A stretch of 64,000 bases of DNA from an uncultured Clostridia bacterium (GCA_944383415.1 CALWPK010000006.1:28224-92223), one strand, 5' to 3'; positions 48,345-58,590 are shown, numbered from the stretch's first letter. Numbers and translations: made by a program. The notes: generated by a model from the sequence alone, not told the origin.

Positions 48345-49865
48345 ATGAACGATAGACTAGATATTTTAGATAGATTATATGATGGATTAAAATTCAAAAA
48401 CGCAACCTATACAGAAAATAATAATACCTGCGTAATGAATTTTTTGTACAATCCAGATGTTTTCAAGCCAAATGAACAAAATAGAATTGAATTATTAAAC
48501 AAATTCAAAGAGATCATTGGGGATTATGTCAAATTTGATATAAAATTTACAAATTGCCCATTGGATAAACGCACTATAGCGAACTATACATATTCAACTA
48601 TTGTCAATATATTTCCTGCGATTTCTAAAAATTTTACTTATGACGATGTATCGGTAAATATAGAGAATATGAAAGTAAATATCACTTTGCGTTTATCACC
48701 ATCAGCGTATGAATATGCGAAGAGTCTGAATAGAGAGACTTTGATCGCTGAAAAATTGAAAGAAAGTTTTTTTGCTGATTTTTCTGTCCAATTCGAAAGA
48801 AAAGACGATGAGGTGGTCGTAGAAAACCGAATAGAAAGTAATGCTGAATTTATGTCATCAATCAAGGAGGCTGAGGAAAAAACTGTTTATGAATTGTCCA
48901 ATCAGGCGAATATAATAGGAATAAATGATTATAATTTGGCTACAGATTTTACAAAAGTTAAGTCACCAGTTGAAAATGTAGCAATTTGTGGTGAAGTGAA
49001 TTCTGTTCAGCGCAAGACATACAAGCGGAACTATACAAGAAATGGAGAGACGAAAGAAATTGAACGCGCCTTTTATAATTTTACACTGCGAAACGAAAAC
49101 AAATTCTTGTATTGTGTAATTTTCCCAAAACAAGCAGATGAAGCGAAAGGTGATTTGATCGAAGTGGGGATGAAAGTGTGTTGTTTTGGTTCATTTAGGG
49201 AATTTAATGGCAAAATGAATTTTACAGCCAATTCAATCGCTCGATGTGAATTCAAACGAGAAGAAATAAAATCTCAATTTAAACACGTCAATGAAGAATA
49301 TCATACCGTTTTCCCTCAAAAATATGTTGATTATGAACAAGCGGATCTATTTTCAGATGCCGAAAAGACTTTTGATGGCAGTTTCGTAGTGTTTGACTTG
49401 GAGACTACAGGACTTGAATCTACAAAGGATGAAATAATTGAGATTGGTGCGTGTAAAATTTTGCAGGGCAAAATTGTTGAAACGTTCTCTACTTTTGTCA
49501 AACCTAGTAGACATATTCCGAAAGAAATTACAGATCTGACGGGGATTGATGATACTATGGTTGAAAACGCTCCAACAATCAATTACGTATTGCCAGATTT
49601 TTATAAATTTTGCTATGCTTCGACAATGGTGGGGCACAATGTATCATTTGATATTTCATTTATATATTTCATAGCGAAAAAACTATCATATAATTTTGAC
49701 AATCCACTAATGGACACATTGGAGATGGCGAGAGCGAAACTGCCAGGATTGAAGAATTACAAATTGTCTACAGTGGTAGAAAGACTCAATATTGTACTCG
49801 ACAACGCGCACCGCGCCATCAATGACGCCACTGCTACCGCAAAAGTTTTTATAAAATTGTATTAA
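48345..49865 (+). CDS. DEDDh 3'-5' exonuclease (DnaQ/PolC-exo type) fused to a ~330-aa N-terminal region with an OB-fold-like segment. No polymerase or PHP domains are present.
   Basis: Exo motifs are present: FVVFDLETTGL (I), HNVSFDISFI (II) and HRAINDATATAKVF (III). The OB-like pattern is NVAICGEV....FTLRNENKFLYCVIFPK....GMKVCCFGSF. It occupies the polC slot between rseP and rimP. The track start at 48309 is the -35 box inside the terminator. Confidence 0.8.
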   Translation: MNDRLDILDRLYDGLKFKNATYTENNNTCVMNFLYNPDVFKPNEQNRIELLNKFKEIIGDYVKFDIKFTNCPLDKRTIANYTYSTIVNIFPAISKNFTYDDVSVNIENMKVNITLRLSPSAYEYAKSLNRETLIAEKLKESFFADFSVQFERKDDEVVVENRIESNAEFMSSIKEAEEKTVYELSNQANIIGINDYNLATDFTKVKSPVENVAICGEVNSVQRKTYKRNYTRNGETKEIERAFYNFTLRNENKFLYCVIFPKQADEAKGDLIEVGMKVCCFGSFREFNGKMNFTANSIARCEFKREEIKSQFKHVNEEYHTVFPQKYVDYEQADLFSDAEKTFDGSFVVFDLETTGLESTKDEIIEIGACKILQGKIVETFSTFVKPSRHIPKEITDLTGIDDTMVENAPTINYVLPDFYKFCYASTMVGHNVSFDISFIYFIAKKLSYNFDNPLMDTLEMARAKLPGLKNYKLSTVVERLNIVLDNAHRAINDATATAKVFIKLY

Positions 49866-49870
49866 AACTA

Positions 49871-49899
49871 TTGATTATTAGTTTCAAATATGATATACT
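49871..49899 (+). promoter_or_regulatory. Sigma-A promoter with extended -10 for the rimP-nusA-infB operon
   Basis: TTGATT (49871-49876), a 17-nt spacer ending in TGa, then TATACT (49894-49899). The leader contains the hairpin GGAGTGGC-ATT-GCCACTCC (49914-49932). Confidence 0.65.
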
Positions 49900-49955
49900 A
49901 GTGCTGACGACTGAGGAGTGGCATTGCCACTCCTAATTAGTTTTATAGGAGTAAT

Positions 49956-50408
49956 ATGAGAGTATCAGATTTAGTTTTTGAAAGCATTAAGCCACTATTT
50001 CAAGGAGATATTAGATTAGTGGAAGTTGAGTATGTCAAGCGCAATGACGGGATGCATTTGATAGTCTATATAGACAAGGACGGCGGTGTCACGATAGACG
50101 ATTGTGTCAAAGTCAATGATATCATCACTCAATATATGGATGATTTGAATCCTACAAATGATGCGTCATATATGTTGGACGTTTCATCTTATGGTTTGGA
50201 TAGACCGCTCAAATATGATTGGCAATTCAAAAAATATGAAAATAAAAAGGTCAATGTCAAATTATATAGAAAGGTTGATGGTAAGAAAGAATTTGTTGCG
50301 ACCCTTTTAGGTAAAGATGAAAAAGGATTTATGTTCAACCTTAATGATGAAAATTTTACTATAAATACTGCTGATGTAGCATATATTACACCATATATAG
50401 AATTTTAA
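49956..50408 (+). CDS. rimP: Ribosome maturation factor RimP
   Basis: It is 150 aa, lies upstream of nusA, and has the LEVSSYGLDRPLK-type motif (VSSYGLDRPLKYDW). Confidence 0.9.
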   Translation: MRVSDLVFESIKPLFQGDIRLVEVEYVKRNDGMHLIVYIDKDGGVTIDDCVKVNDIITQYMDDLNPTNDASYMLDVSSYGLDRPLKYDWQFKKYENKKVNVKLYRKVDGKKEFVATLLGKDEKGFMFNLNDENFTINTADVAYITPYIEF

Positions 50409-50422
50409 GGAGTAGACAGAAA

Positions 50423-51553
50423 ATGATTAATAAAGATTTTTTTGAAGCATTGAGAGATTTGGAAGCAGAAAAAGGAATAAAACAAGATGTTTTTATTTCA
50501 GCATTGGAGCAAGCGCTGACGGCTGCGTATAAAAAGAATAGTGGAGTAGCACGCAACGCACAGGTGAAATTGATACCCGAGAAGAACACTATTAAGATCT
50601 ATTCATATAGGACAGTGGTAGACAACGTTGAAGATGAAGAAAAAGAAATCAGTCTGGAGGATGCTCACCAAATTAAACATTCATATAAAATTGGCGATTT
50701 GGTTATGCAAGAGGAGAGTACAAAGGAATTCAATCGTATAGCAGTACAGACTGCAAAACAAGTCATCACCCAAAAAATTAAAGAAATTGAGAAACAATCT
50801 GTTTACAAAGATATCGCGGAAAAAGAGGGTAAGTTGATTGTTGCCAATGTCAAACGTATGGATGGTGATAATGTTTATCTTGAGATTGGAGGGACGACAT
50901 TAGAAGGCTTGCTTACAAAACATGATATGCTACCTACTGATCACTTCAAATTGGGAGACAAAGTGAAAGTTTATGTGCGTCATATACGTGATGATTTCAG
51001 AGGAACAGTCGTGCAAGTCACTAGGACACACACAAATTTTGTGAAATTGTTGTTGGAAATGGAAGTTCCGGAACTTACAAATGGAGAAGTAGATATCGTG
51101 GGTATCGTCCGCGAGGCAGGACTGAGGACAAAAATTGCAGTTTCTACTTCGGTGCCTAATCTTGATCCAGTAGGTGCATGTATCGGCAACAGAGGCAGTA
51201 GAATTAATTCAGTGATTAATGAATTGAACGGTGAAAAAATAGATATAATTAATTATAGCGACAATCCTGCAGATTATATCGTATCCGCTTTGAGTCCAGC
51301 GGAAGTCAGTGAAATCACTGTAGATACTGTAGCAGGTGTGGCAAATGTGATTGTCCCTGAAAATAAACTTTCGTTGGCAATTGGTAAGGGCGGGCACAAT
51401 GTTCGACTTGCTGCCAAACTTACAGGCTACAAAATTGATGTTAAACCAGCGATTTCAGAATCTAATGTCCACAATAAATCAAATGATGTAGTTAGCACCA
51501 ATAGCGCAAATATTATTCTTGACGACGATTTCTTCGATGATATTGATGAATAA
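50423..51553 (+). CDS. nusA: Transcription termination/antitermination factor NusA
   Basis: An N-terminal domain, an S1 domain and two KH domains (VGACIGNRGSRINSVINEL and LSLAIGKGGHNVRLAAKLTGYKIDV) are present. Confidence 0.97.
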   Translation: MINKDFFEALRDLEAEKGIKQDVFISALEQALTAAYKKNSGVARNAQVKLIPEKNTIKIYSYRTVVDNVEDEEKEISLEDAHQIKHSYKIGDLVMQEESTKEFNRIAVQTAKQVITQKIKEIEKQSVYKDIAEKEGKLIVANVKRMDGDNVYLEIGGTTLEGLLTKHDMLPTDHFKLGDKVKVYVRHIRDDFRGTVVQVTRTHTNFVKLLLEMEVPELTNGEVDIVGIVREAGLRTKIAVSTSVPNLDPVGACIGNRGSRINSVINELNGEKIDIINYSDNPADYIVSALSPAEVSEITVDTVAGVANVIVPENKLSLAIGKGGHNVRLAAKLTGYKIDVKPAISESNVHNKSNDVVSTNSANIILDDDFFDDIDE

Positions 51554-51562
51554 GAGGCGAAG

Positions 51563-51820
51563 ATGCATTTGAAACAATCTAGAAGATGTGTGGCTTGCAA
51601 AGAGAGCAAGCCTCAAAGTGAAATGCTGAGACTCACCAAAATTGATAATCAAATCATAATTGATAATAAAAATAAATTGGGTGGTAGAGGCGCTTATGTT
51701 TGTAAAAATAATGATTGTATGAAATTAGCGATTAAAAAGAAATTATTTAATCGAGCCTTTAAAATGAATATAGACAATTCAATTTATGAACAGTTAGGAG
51801 AATATGAACAAAATAATTAG
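51563..51820 (+). CDS. ylxR: YlxR/RnpM family (DUF448) RNA-binding protein
   Basis: RRCVACKESKPQSEMLRL and GRGAYVC motifs are present, and it lies after nusA. Confidence 0.9.
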   Translation: MHLKQSRRCVACKESKPQSEMLRLTKIDNQIIIDNKNKLGGRGAYVCKNNDCMKLAIKKKLFNRAFKMNIDNSIYEQLGEYEQNN

Positions 51821-52103
51821 TTATATTGGATTTGCGATCAAAGCACAAAAGGTTATCATAGGGCAATCACACTTGAAACGTACAGACAAAAAACTATTTT
51901 TAATTTTGGTGTGTTCATCTGCAAGTGAAAATTTGATTAACCTAGCAAAAAATTTAGCATTAAAAAACGAATGCGGTTTGATAATAACAAAACCAAAACT
52001 TGATATATTGACAAATATACAAGATGTAAAAATTATAGGAATCACTGACGAAAACCTAAGTAAAGCAATAATAGAAAATAAGGAGATGATTAATATTGGC
52101 TAA
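51804..52103 (+). CDS. L7Ae/L30e-family ribosomal-protein-like protein (YlxQ)
   Basis: It is ~99 aa, lies between ylxR and infB, and has the typical IGFAIKAQKVIIG start. Confidence 0.8.
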   Translation: MNKIISYIGFAIKAQKVIIGQSHLKRTDKKLFLILVCSSASENLINLAKNLALKNECGLIITKPKLDILTNIQDVKIIGITDENLSKAIIENKEMINIG

Positions 52104-54618
52104 CGAAACGAATAATCAAGAATTCAACAAATCAATTAAACAATTGCAGTCTATGGTAAAAGACAAGATGCTTATTAATCTTGCCGAAAAGTTTTTCAAT
52201 CTGAAAACTGAGATGAGCAATTTAGTTCGTGCGGTTAAGGAAAAGGAAACGAAACTAATAATTGAAGAAAACAAACAGCAATCAGTCAAAGAACAGGTTA
52301 GTCAAATTCAGGAAACAAAACCTGAAATTGTTTTTGCTCCTCAAAAACAAGAAGTTATAATTGAGACGCAACAGACTAAGCAAGATGCTAATTTGAATAG
52401 AAATCAAAATATTTCAAGGCAACAATCTAACTCAAACGGCAATTACAACAATAGGAATAACTACAATAAAAATTTCAATGCTAACAATTCTAATAATTTC
52501 TATAGAGATAGGCGACCATTTAATAATAGACAACAAAATCAAAACAATCAGAATAGGCCGTACAATGCTAATAAACCAAATCAAAATTATAAGCCAGGTC
52601 AAAGACCACCATTCAATAAGGACAATCAAAACAAACGTCCATCAATAAATTATGCTCAACCTGTTATTACGGCAAGTCCCGCAAGGAATTTTGGTAATAA
52701 AAAGAAAGATAGCGATAGAGGAGAGGAAAAGAGAGCGTATTCAAAACGCGACTTAATCAAACGCGGAATGCTTGATTTCGAGGATACGGAAGATAGGATG
52801 GTGAATAGGAAAATCCGTCCTAAAAAGAAAGAAACAATTGAAAAAGTGATAGAAAAACCTCAGGGACCAGCAATTATAACCACTGACAATATCACCATCA
52901 AGTTGCTTTCCGAAGTGAGCGGAAGACCAGTAAGTGAAATTATTAAGAAGTTTATGCAACTGGGTATGATGATGACAATCAATTCCACAATTGATTTCCA
53001 AACCGCAGAATTGGTAATGTCGGATATGGGCATTGAATTAGTTCAGAAATTAGGCAAGACTAGTGAAGAAAAGTTGCAAGATGTTCAGAAAAATATTCGT
53101 TCGTATGACGAATCCGAAGCAATCGCTCGTCCACCAATCGTCACAGTTATGGGTCACGTAGATCACGGAAAGACCAGTTTGCTTGACTACATTAGAAAGA
53201 CAAAAGTTACTTTAGGCGAAGCGGGTGGCATCACACAAGCGATCGGAGCATATAGAGTGAGTGTGAACAATAGGCATATTACATTCATTGATACGCCTGG
53301 ACACGAAGCATTTACAGCAATGCGTGCTCGCGGTGCTTCTGTGACAGATATTGCTATATTAATTGTAGCGGCAGATGATGGGATAATGCCACAAACAATA
53401 GAAGCAATCAATCATATTAAATCAGCAAAGATACCAATGATTGTTGCGATAAATAAAATGGATAAACCTCAAGCAGATCCAGATAGAGTGATGCAACAAT
53501 TGGCAGAACATAATGTATTGCCTGAAGCGTGGGGTGGAGACGCTATAATATGCAAAATTTCCGCTCATACAGGAGAGGGAATAGACAAATTGCTTGAAAC
53601 GATTTTGCTTGTGGCTGATATGCAAGATTTGAAAGCAAATCCAAATGTGCCAGCAATTGGTACCATTCTCGAATCACGTTTGGACAAAGGAAAAGGGGCT
53701 GTGGCTTCATTGATAGTGCTTGATGGATCATTGCATATTGGTGACACGATCGTATCTGGAACAAGTATATGTAAAGTAAAAGCGATGATAGATGAAAACA
53801 ACAAGATAGTCAAAGTGGCAGAGCCTTCAATGCCAGTAACTGTGCTTGGTTTTAATGAAGTACCTGTTGCAGGTGAATCATTCACTGTAGTTGATGAAAA
53901 ATTGTCAAAGCAGATTGTAGAAGATAGAAAGGCTAAAATAAAAGAGGATTTGATCAAGCATAGTGGTGGCAACACATTGGAAGATTTGCTACAAAAGACA
54001 AGCGAAAAAGATGTCAAGATTCTAAATATAATTTTGAAGACAGATGTTCACGGTTCTCTTGAAGCAATAAAATCTTCCATTTTGAAATTGGTAAACGATG
54101 AAGTGAAGATCAATATTCTTCATAGCGGTGTAGGAGCGGTGAGCGAAAGTGATCTCATACTTGCAAATGCCTCAAACGCTATGGTGATCGCATTCAATGT
54201 CGGTCAGGATAGCAAAGTCAAAACTCTTGCGGATAGAATGAAAATTAAAATATATTCATACAAAATTATATATGAGTTGCTAGATGAGTTAGAACGTGTG
54301 ATAAAGGGTATGAAAGAACCTAAATATGAAGAAGTCTATCTCGGACGCGCAGATGTCATTGCGGTATTCAAACTTTCAAATGTAGGAATTATTGCGGGAT
54401 GTATGGTTAGAGATGGGAAAATAGTTCGAGGGGAACACGCTCGCATATATCGCGGAGATGAACTACTGATTGAAACAGAAATTAAATCCCTGAAAATTGT
54501 GAAAGACGATGTTAAAGAAGCAGGCAAAGATAGAGAATGTGGAATAAAGACAGGTTTTGACGATGTGGTAGTCGGAGATAGAATTGAATGCTACACTCTA
54601 AAAAGGATAGAAGAATGA
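52096..54618 (+). CDS. infB: Translation initiation factor IF-2 (with an Asn/Gln-rich N-terminal linker)
   Basis: The G domain has [19 protein letters not shown] and NKMD motifs. The TTG start at 52096 follows AAGGAG. Confidence 0.97.
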   Translation: MANETNNQEFNKSIKQLQSMVKDKMLINLAEKFFNLKTEMSNLVRAVKEKETKLIIEENKQQSVKEQVSQIQETKPEIVFAPQKQEVIIETQQTKQDANLNRNQNISRQQSNSNGNYNNRNNYNKNFNANNSNNFYRDRRPFNNRQQNQNNQNRPYNANKPNQNYKPGQRPPFNKDNQNKRPSINYAQPVITASPARNFGNKKKDSDRGEEKRAYSKRDLIKRGMLDFEDTEDRMVNRKIRPKKKETIEKVIEKPQGPAIITTDNITIKLLSEVSGRPVSEIIKKFMQLGMMMTINSTIDFQTAELVMSDMGIELVQKLGKTSEEKLQDVQKNIRSYDESEAIARPPIVTVMGHVDHGKTSLLDYIRKTKVTLGEAGGITQAIGAYRVSVNNRHITFIDTPGHEAFTAMRARGASVTDIAILIVAADDGIMPQTIEAINHIKSAKIPMIVAINKMDKPQADPDRVMQQLAEHNVLPEAWGGDAIICKISAHTGEGIDKLLETILLVADMQDLKANPNVPAIGTILESRLDKGKGAVASLIVLDGSLHIGDTIVSGTSICKVKAMIDENNKIVKVAEPSMPVTVLGFNEVPVAGESFTVVDEKLSKQIVEDRKAKIKEDLIKHSGGNTLEDLLQKTSEKDVKILNIILKTDVHGSLEAIKSSILKLVNDEVKINILHSGVGAVSESDLILANASNAMVIAFNVGQDSKVKTLADRMKIKIYSYKIIYELLDELERVIKGMKEPKYEEVYLGRADVIAVFKLSNVGIIAGCMVRDGKIVRGEHARIYRGDELLIETEIKSLKIVKDDVKEAGKDRECGIKTGFDDVVVGDRIECYTLKRIEE

Positions 54619-54992
54619 AAAGTGTTAGAATAGAACGTATCAATAGCGAGATACAAAAAATTGTGTCAGAGATAATAGATACCAAATTGCGTGATCCTCA
54701 AATAGACGCCATAATTAGTGTAAATCAAGTAGATACTACACCAGATTTAGCGTATTCAAAAGTATATATATCATCCATTGGCAATACACCGAAAGAGGAA
54801 GTCATCGCACGCCTCAAGGGTGCTGGCGGTTTCATTCGCGGACAATTATCAAAAAATATCAATTTAAGGAAAACTCCGCGTCTAGAGTTTATTTTAGATA
54901 CATCAGAAGAATATGCTAGCAAAATTGAAAATATTTTAAAAACTATAAAATATTCAACATCACCAGACGATACGGAAAATGAAAATGATTAA
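54615..54992 (+). CDS. rbfA: Ribosome-binding factor A
   Basis: RIERINSEIQKIVSEII and the LRKTPRLEFILD motif are present. The ATG at 54615 overlaps the infB stop. Confidence 0.93.
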   Translation: MKSVRIERINSEIQKIVSEIIDTKLRDPQIDAIISVNQVDTTPDLAYSKVYISSIGNTPKEEVIARLKGAGGFIRGQLSKNINLRKTPRLEFILDTSEEYASKIENILKTIKYSTSPDDTENEND

Positions 54993-55833
54993 AGGTATTT
55001 TGGCGATCAACAAACCTAAGAATTGGACTAGTTTTGATGTCGTAAATAAGATTAAACACATCTTAAAAATCAGACAAGTCGGACATCTTGGCACACTTGA
55101 TCCATTGGCTACGGGCGTTTTGTTGGTGACTATAGGCAGAGCGACAAAATTATTCGATTTTTTCCAAGAAAAGATAAAAACTTATTCGGCAAAATTTGAA
55201 TTTGGTTATGAAACAGACTCTTTGGACAGCGATGGAAAAATTGTAAACGAAACCGATATAATTCCAAATCTCAATCAAATAAAGCACGTAATTGGCGATT
55301 TCATAGGCGAAATCGCTCAAATCCCACCTAAATATAGTGCTAAGAGCGTAAATGGAAAACGTGCGTATGAACTCGCTAGAAATAATATTGATTTTGAATT
55401 GATACCAAAGATTGTCAAGATATATAATATGAAAATCCTAGACTATACGCAAAATATTTTGACTTTAAATATACAATGCGGGAGCGGAACATATATCCGA
55501 TCAATTTGTAGAGACTTGGCTCGCAAGTTAAATTCCTATGCCACAATGATTGACTTGACTCGAACAAGCGTCGGGAAAATAGGTGTAGAAGATTGCGTAG
55601 ATATTCAGGATTTGAAAGAAAATAATATTTTAGATTATATAATCAAATTAGATGTTCTGATTGACATACCAATTATAAAATTGAATGAAAATCAAACTTA
55701 TAAATTGTTAAATGGGCAGACTATTCAAACAAACTTACCGAATGGATCATACAAACTAAACGATGATACTGACACCATTGCTATCGTGTCTGTTTCAAAA
55801 AACAATGCAAAAATGTCATTATTTTTAAATTAA
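54979..55833 (+). CDS. truB: tRNA pseudouridine(55) synthase
   Basis: GILAINKPKNWTSFDVV and the catalytic GHLGTLDPLATGVLLV motif are present. Confidence 0.96.
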   Translation: MKMIKGILAINKPKNWTSFDVVNKIKHILKIRQVGHLGTLDPLATGVLLVTIGRATKLFDFFQEKIKTYSAKFEFGYETDSLDSDGKIVNETDIIPNLNQIKHVIGDFIGEIAQIPPKYSAKSVNGKRAYELARNNIDFELIPKIVKIYNMKILDYTQNILTLNIQCGSGTYIRSICRDLARKLNSYATMIDLTRTSVGKIGVEDCVDIQDLKENNILDYIIKLDVLIDIPIIKLNENQTYKLLNGQTIQTNLPNGSYKLNDDTDTIAIVSVSKNNAKMSLFLN

Positions 55834-55856
55834 TTTTGTTTATTGACGTCTAATCA

Positions 55857-55885
55857 TTGTCAAAACAATAAAATTATGTTATACT
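55857..55885 (+). promoter_or_regulatory. Sigma-A promoter with extended -10 upstream of efp
   Basis: TTGTCA (55857-55862), a 17-nt spacer ending in TGt, then TATACT (55880-55885). Confidence 0.6.
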
Positions 55886-55914
55886 AGATTTGATTAATTT
55901 AAGGAGAAACAATT

Positions 55915-56493
55915 ATGATTACAGCAGGAGATATTAGAAAGGGAGTTATATTTGATGATGGTTCATCTACTGATCCTAAAAAACCTAGTTTATTTTTGGT
56001 GGTAGATTTTCAGCACGTAAAACCCGGCAAGGGAGCGGCTTTTGTGCGTACAACTCTAAAAAATATAATTACGGGCAAAGTGATTGAACGCACGTTCAAT
56101 CCATCTGAAAAGATCAATGATATATCAATCGAGAGAAAAGAGATGATGTATCTATATAACGAAGGCGGTTTGTATTATTTTATGGATAATAATACTTATG
56201 ATCAAATTCCGTTCAATTATGACACTGTGAAAGATGCTTTGAATTTTGTCGTTGAGAACACTAATTGCAACGTACAATTTTATAATGGTCAGCCAATCAA
56301 TGTTGAGCCACCAATTTTTGTAGAATTGACTATTACCAAGACAGAACCTGGCGTGCGTGGAGATACGGTGAAAACGGGTGGCAAACCTGCCACATTAGAG
56401 ACTGGGTATGTCATTCAAGTGCCATTATTTGTGAATGAAGGGGATCGCGTTCGCGTTGATACTCGTACTGGCGAATATATGGAGAGATTATAA
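55915..56493 (+). CDS. efp: Elongation factor P
   Basis: [26 protein letters not shown] and [10 protein letters not shown] motifs are present. Confidence 0.96.
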   Translation: MITAGDIRKGVIFDDGSSTDPKKPSLFLVVDFQHVKPGKGAAFVRTTLKNIITGKVIERTFNPSEKINDISIERKEMMYLYNEGGLYYFMDNNTYDQIPFNYDTVKDALNFVVENTNCNVQFYNGQPINVEPPIFVELTITKTEPGVRGDTVKTGGKPATLETGYVIQVPLFVNEGDRVRVDTRTGEYMERL

Positions 56494-56617
56494 TTTTTTG
56501 TCAATTTTGTCTAGGCAAAAATTAATGTAAAAATAAATATAAAGTCGAAAAATCAGTACTATTGTGGTATTGATTTTTTTTGCGTATTTTTTTCATTTTC
56601 ATCTAATAGTTTTAAGT

Positions 56618-57526
56618 ATGTTAAAAGACTATTTAGATAGGGATATTTACAATTTAATAACAAAAACCTTCAGTTTTTCTGACATTACTGAAATACGTAT
56701 GCGTGCAAATGAAAATTTGATTATCATTGTAAAAAATAAAAAATATTATTTGAAAGATGATAATGGCGAATTCGTGAAAGTCAATAGAAATGTTATTGAA
56801 AATTTCGTTAGACGAGCGAGTGAAAACTCTATCTACGCTTTCAATGACAATATAGTAAATGGCTTTATAACTCTTCCTAAAGGGATACGCGTTGGGCTGT
56901 GTGGGAATATTGTGACAGATGGAGACAAGATCGTCACAGTAAAAGATTTTCAATCGGTCAACATTCGTATTCCACACGTGATTAGGAATTGCAGTTTGCC
57001 AGCCTTTGATTATTTAGTAAACGATGATGTCAAAAATACTTTAATAATATCTCCGCCCGGAAGTGGGAAAACAACGTTTATCAGAGATTTTATCTATCAA
57101 TTATATACTCATAATATATCGAAAAACGTTTTGATAGCAGATGAAAGGAACGAAATCTGTTCGGTAATAAATGGTGAACCAAATATAGATTTGGGAGGTT
57201 TTTGCGATATTTACACAAATTGTACAAAAAAATTTGCTTTCAAAAACGGCATACGCAGTATGCGTCCAGACGTGATAGTGACAGACGAAATAGATCTTGA
57301 AAAAGATCTGGACTCAATCGTCGAAGCAATGAATTGTGGAGTGAACGTGATTGCTACCATACACGCAAAAGATATAAATCAACTGAAAAAGAAACCAAAT
57401 TTTGATAAGATTTTGGACGAAAAGTTTTTTTCTAGATTTGTAGTTCTATCAAGCGATGAGGGACCTGGAACGCTGACAAATATTTATGATGAAAAATTAA
57501 ACTGTATCTATTGTAGGTGCGTATGA
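56618..57526 (+). CDS. spoIIIAA: Stage III sporulation protein AA (AAA ATPase)
   Basis: Walker A ISPPGSGKTT and Walker B VIVTDEI are present. It is the first gene of an 8-gene spoIIIA-like operon. The start is taken as the ATG at 56618 (no clear SD), because the track start lies in the efp terminator region. Confidence 0.88.
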   Translation: MLKDYLDRDIYNLITKTFSFSDITEIRMRANENLIIIVKNKKYYLKDDNGEFVKVNRNVIENFVRRASENSIYAFNDNIVNGFITLPKGIRVGLCGNIVTDGDKIVTVKDFQSVNIRIPHVIRNCSLPAFDYLVNDDVKNTLIISPPGSGKTTFIRDFIYQLYTHNISKNVLIADERNEICSVINGEPNIDLGGFCDIYTNCTKKFAFKNGIRSMRPDVIVTDEIDLEKDLDSIVEAMNCGVNVIATIHAKDINQLKKKPNFDKILDEKFFSRFVVLSSDEGPGTLTNIYDEKLNCIYCRCV

Positions 57527-57999
57527 TCAAATGGATCTTAATCATTATTCTAATAGTTGTGATTATGTTGATTGCATATTCTGTTAGTGAACAAATTAGA
57601 GATAAATATGATTTTTTTAACAATTTGAAACAATTTTTGAATCAATTTAAAATCAATGTCGCTTTTAGACAAGAAAAAATCAATGAATTTTTGCAAAAAA
57701 GCAATTCAAAAAAACAATTTAAAGTATTTGTTGATGAGTATTTAAATTTTTTAAAGACAGGCGAACTTTGCTTGGAAAAAATAAAAGTATTGGAAGAGGA
57801 TGATAAACAAATTTTGCAAGATATAGTGAAAAACATTGGTAAATATGATGCTAAGAATGAAATCAGTCAGATGGAATCGTTTTTATTGACAGTTGATGAA
57901 AAATTGGCAAAGGCAAATGAAGATAAAAATAAACTTTGTCCTATGATAATAAAACTTTCACTGCTCTTTGCAATTGGACTAGCAATTTTATTGATTTAG
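57517..57999 (+). CDS. spoIIIAB: Stage III sporulation protein AB
   Basis: It has the size, N- and C-terminal TM helices and operon position expected of SpoIIIAB. Confidence 0.8.
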   Translation: MRMIKWILIIILIVVIMLIAYSVSEQIRDKYDFFNNLKQFLNQFKINVAFRQEKINEFLQKSNSKKQFKVFVDEYLNFLKTGELCLEKIKVLEEDDKQILQDIVKNIGKYDAKNEISQMESFLLTVDEKLAKANEDKNKLCPMIIKLSLLFAIGLAILLI

Positions 58000-58007
58000 G
58001 AGGAAAT

Positions 58008-58196
58008 ATGGAAATAATTTTCAAACTGGCAGGAATTGGATTAATTACTTCTATTGTGAATCAGATACTTAAATATTGCGGGAAAGAAGAAATCGCTTCT
58101 ATTACAACTCTGGCGGGCTTGATAATTAGTTTGCTTATGGTCATAGATTTGGTGAGGGATCTGTTCACGACCGTACAATCATTATTTATTTTTTAG
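58008..58196 (+). CDS. spoIIIAC: Stage III sporulation protein AC
   Basis: This is a 62-aa two-TM protein (MEIIFKLAGIGLITSIV...). The ATG at 58008 follows AGGAGG. Confidence 0.85.
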   Translation: MEIIFKLAGIGLITSIVNQILKYCGKEEIASITTLAGLIISLLMVIDLVRDLFTTVQSLFIF

Positions 58197-58203
58197 GTAG
58201 GGT

Positions 58204-58590
58204 ATGACAGAATTATTAAAGATATTAGCAGTGGCGTTAATTACTGTGTTTGCATCAATATTAGTCAAGCAAACCCGACCAGAAATAGCGATGATCATAT
58301 CCATTGCTGGTAGTATTTTGATAATAGTGATGATTGTAGACAGCATTAGTTCTGTCCTATCTTCTTTTTATGGAATATTTCAAACTACAGGCGTAGATAC
58401 GACACTACTGACTCCTTTGTTTAAAATTATTGCCATAGGGTACATTACAGAATTTGGAGCAAATATATGTTTGGATGCGGGGGCGAGTAGCGTGGCTGAC
58501 AAAGTGCTTTTTGCCGGCAAACTGGTCATTTTGCTTGTGGCACTTCCAATAGTGACGACTGTAATAAATATGGTGGTATCATTATTATGA
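58204..58590 (+). CDS. spoIIIAD: Stage III sporulation protein AD
   Basis: This is a 128-aa polytopic protein in the expected operon position. Confidence 0.85.
   Translation: MTELLKILAVALITVFASILVKQTRPEIAMIISIAGSILIIVMIVDSISSVLSSFYGIFQTTGVDTTLLTPLFKIIAIGYITEFGANICLDAGASSVADKVLFAGKLVILLVALPIVTTVINMVVSLL

Noticed and set aside
53565-54017. A 150-aa minus-strand ORF, plus several 60-80-aa ORFs, opposite infB.
   Set aside because: They are antisense to the IF-2 G domain and domain II, and are an artefact of stop-poor antisense frames.
56584-56606. A sigma-E-like promoter (GTATTT ... CATCTAAT) upstream of spoIIIAA.
   Set aside because: The spacing between the two elements does not fit the sigma-E consensus, and the putative -10 would leave almost no leader. 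I cannot support it from sequence alone.
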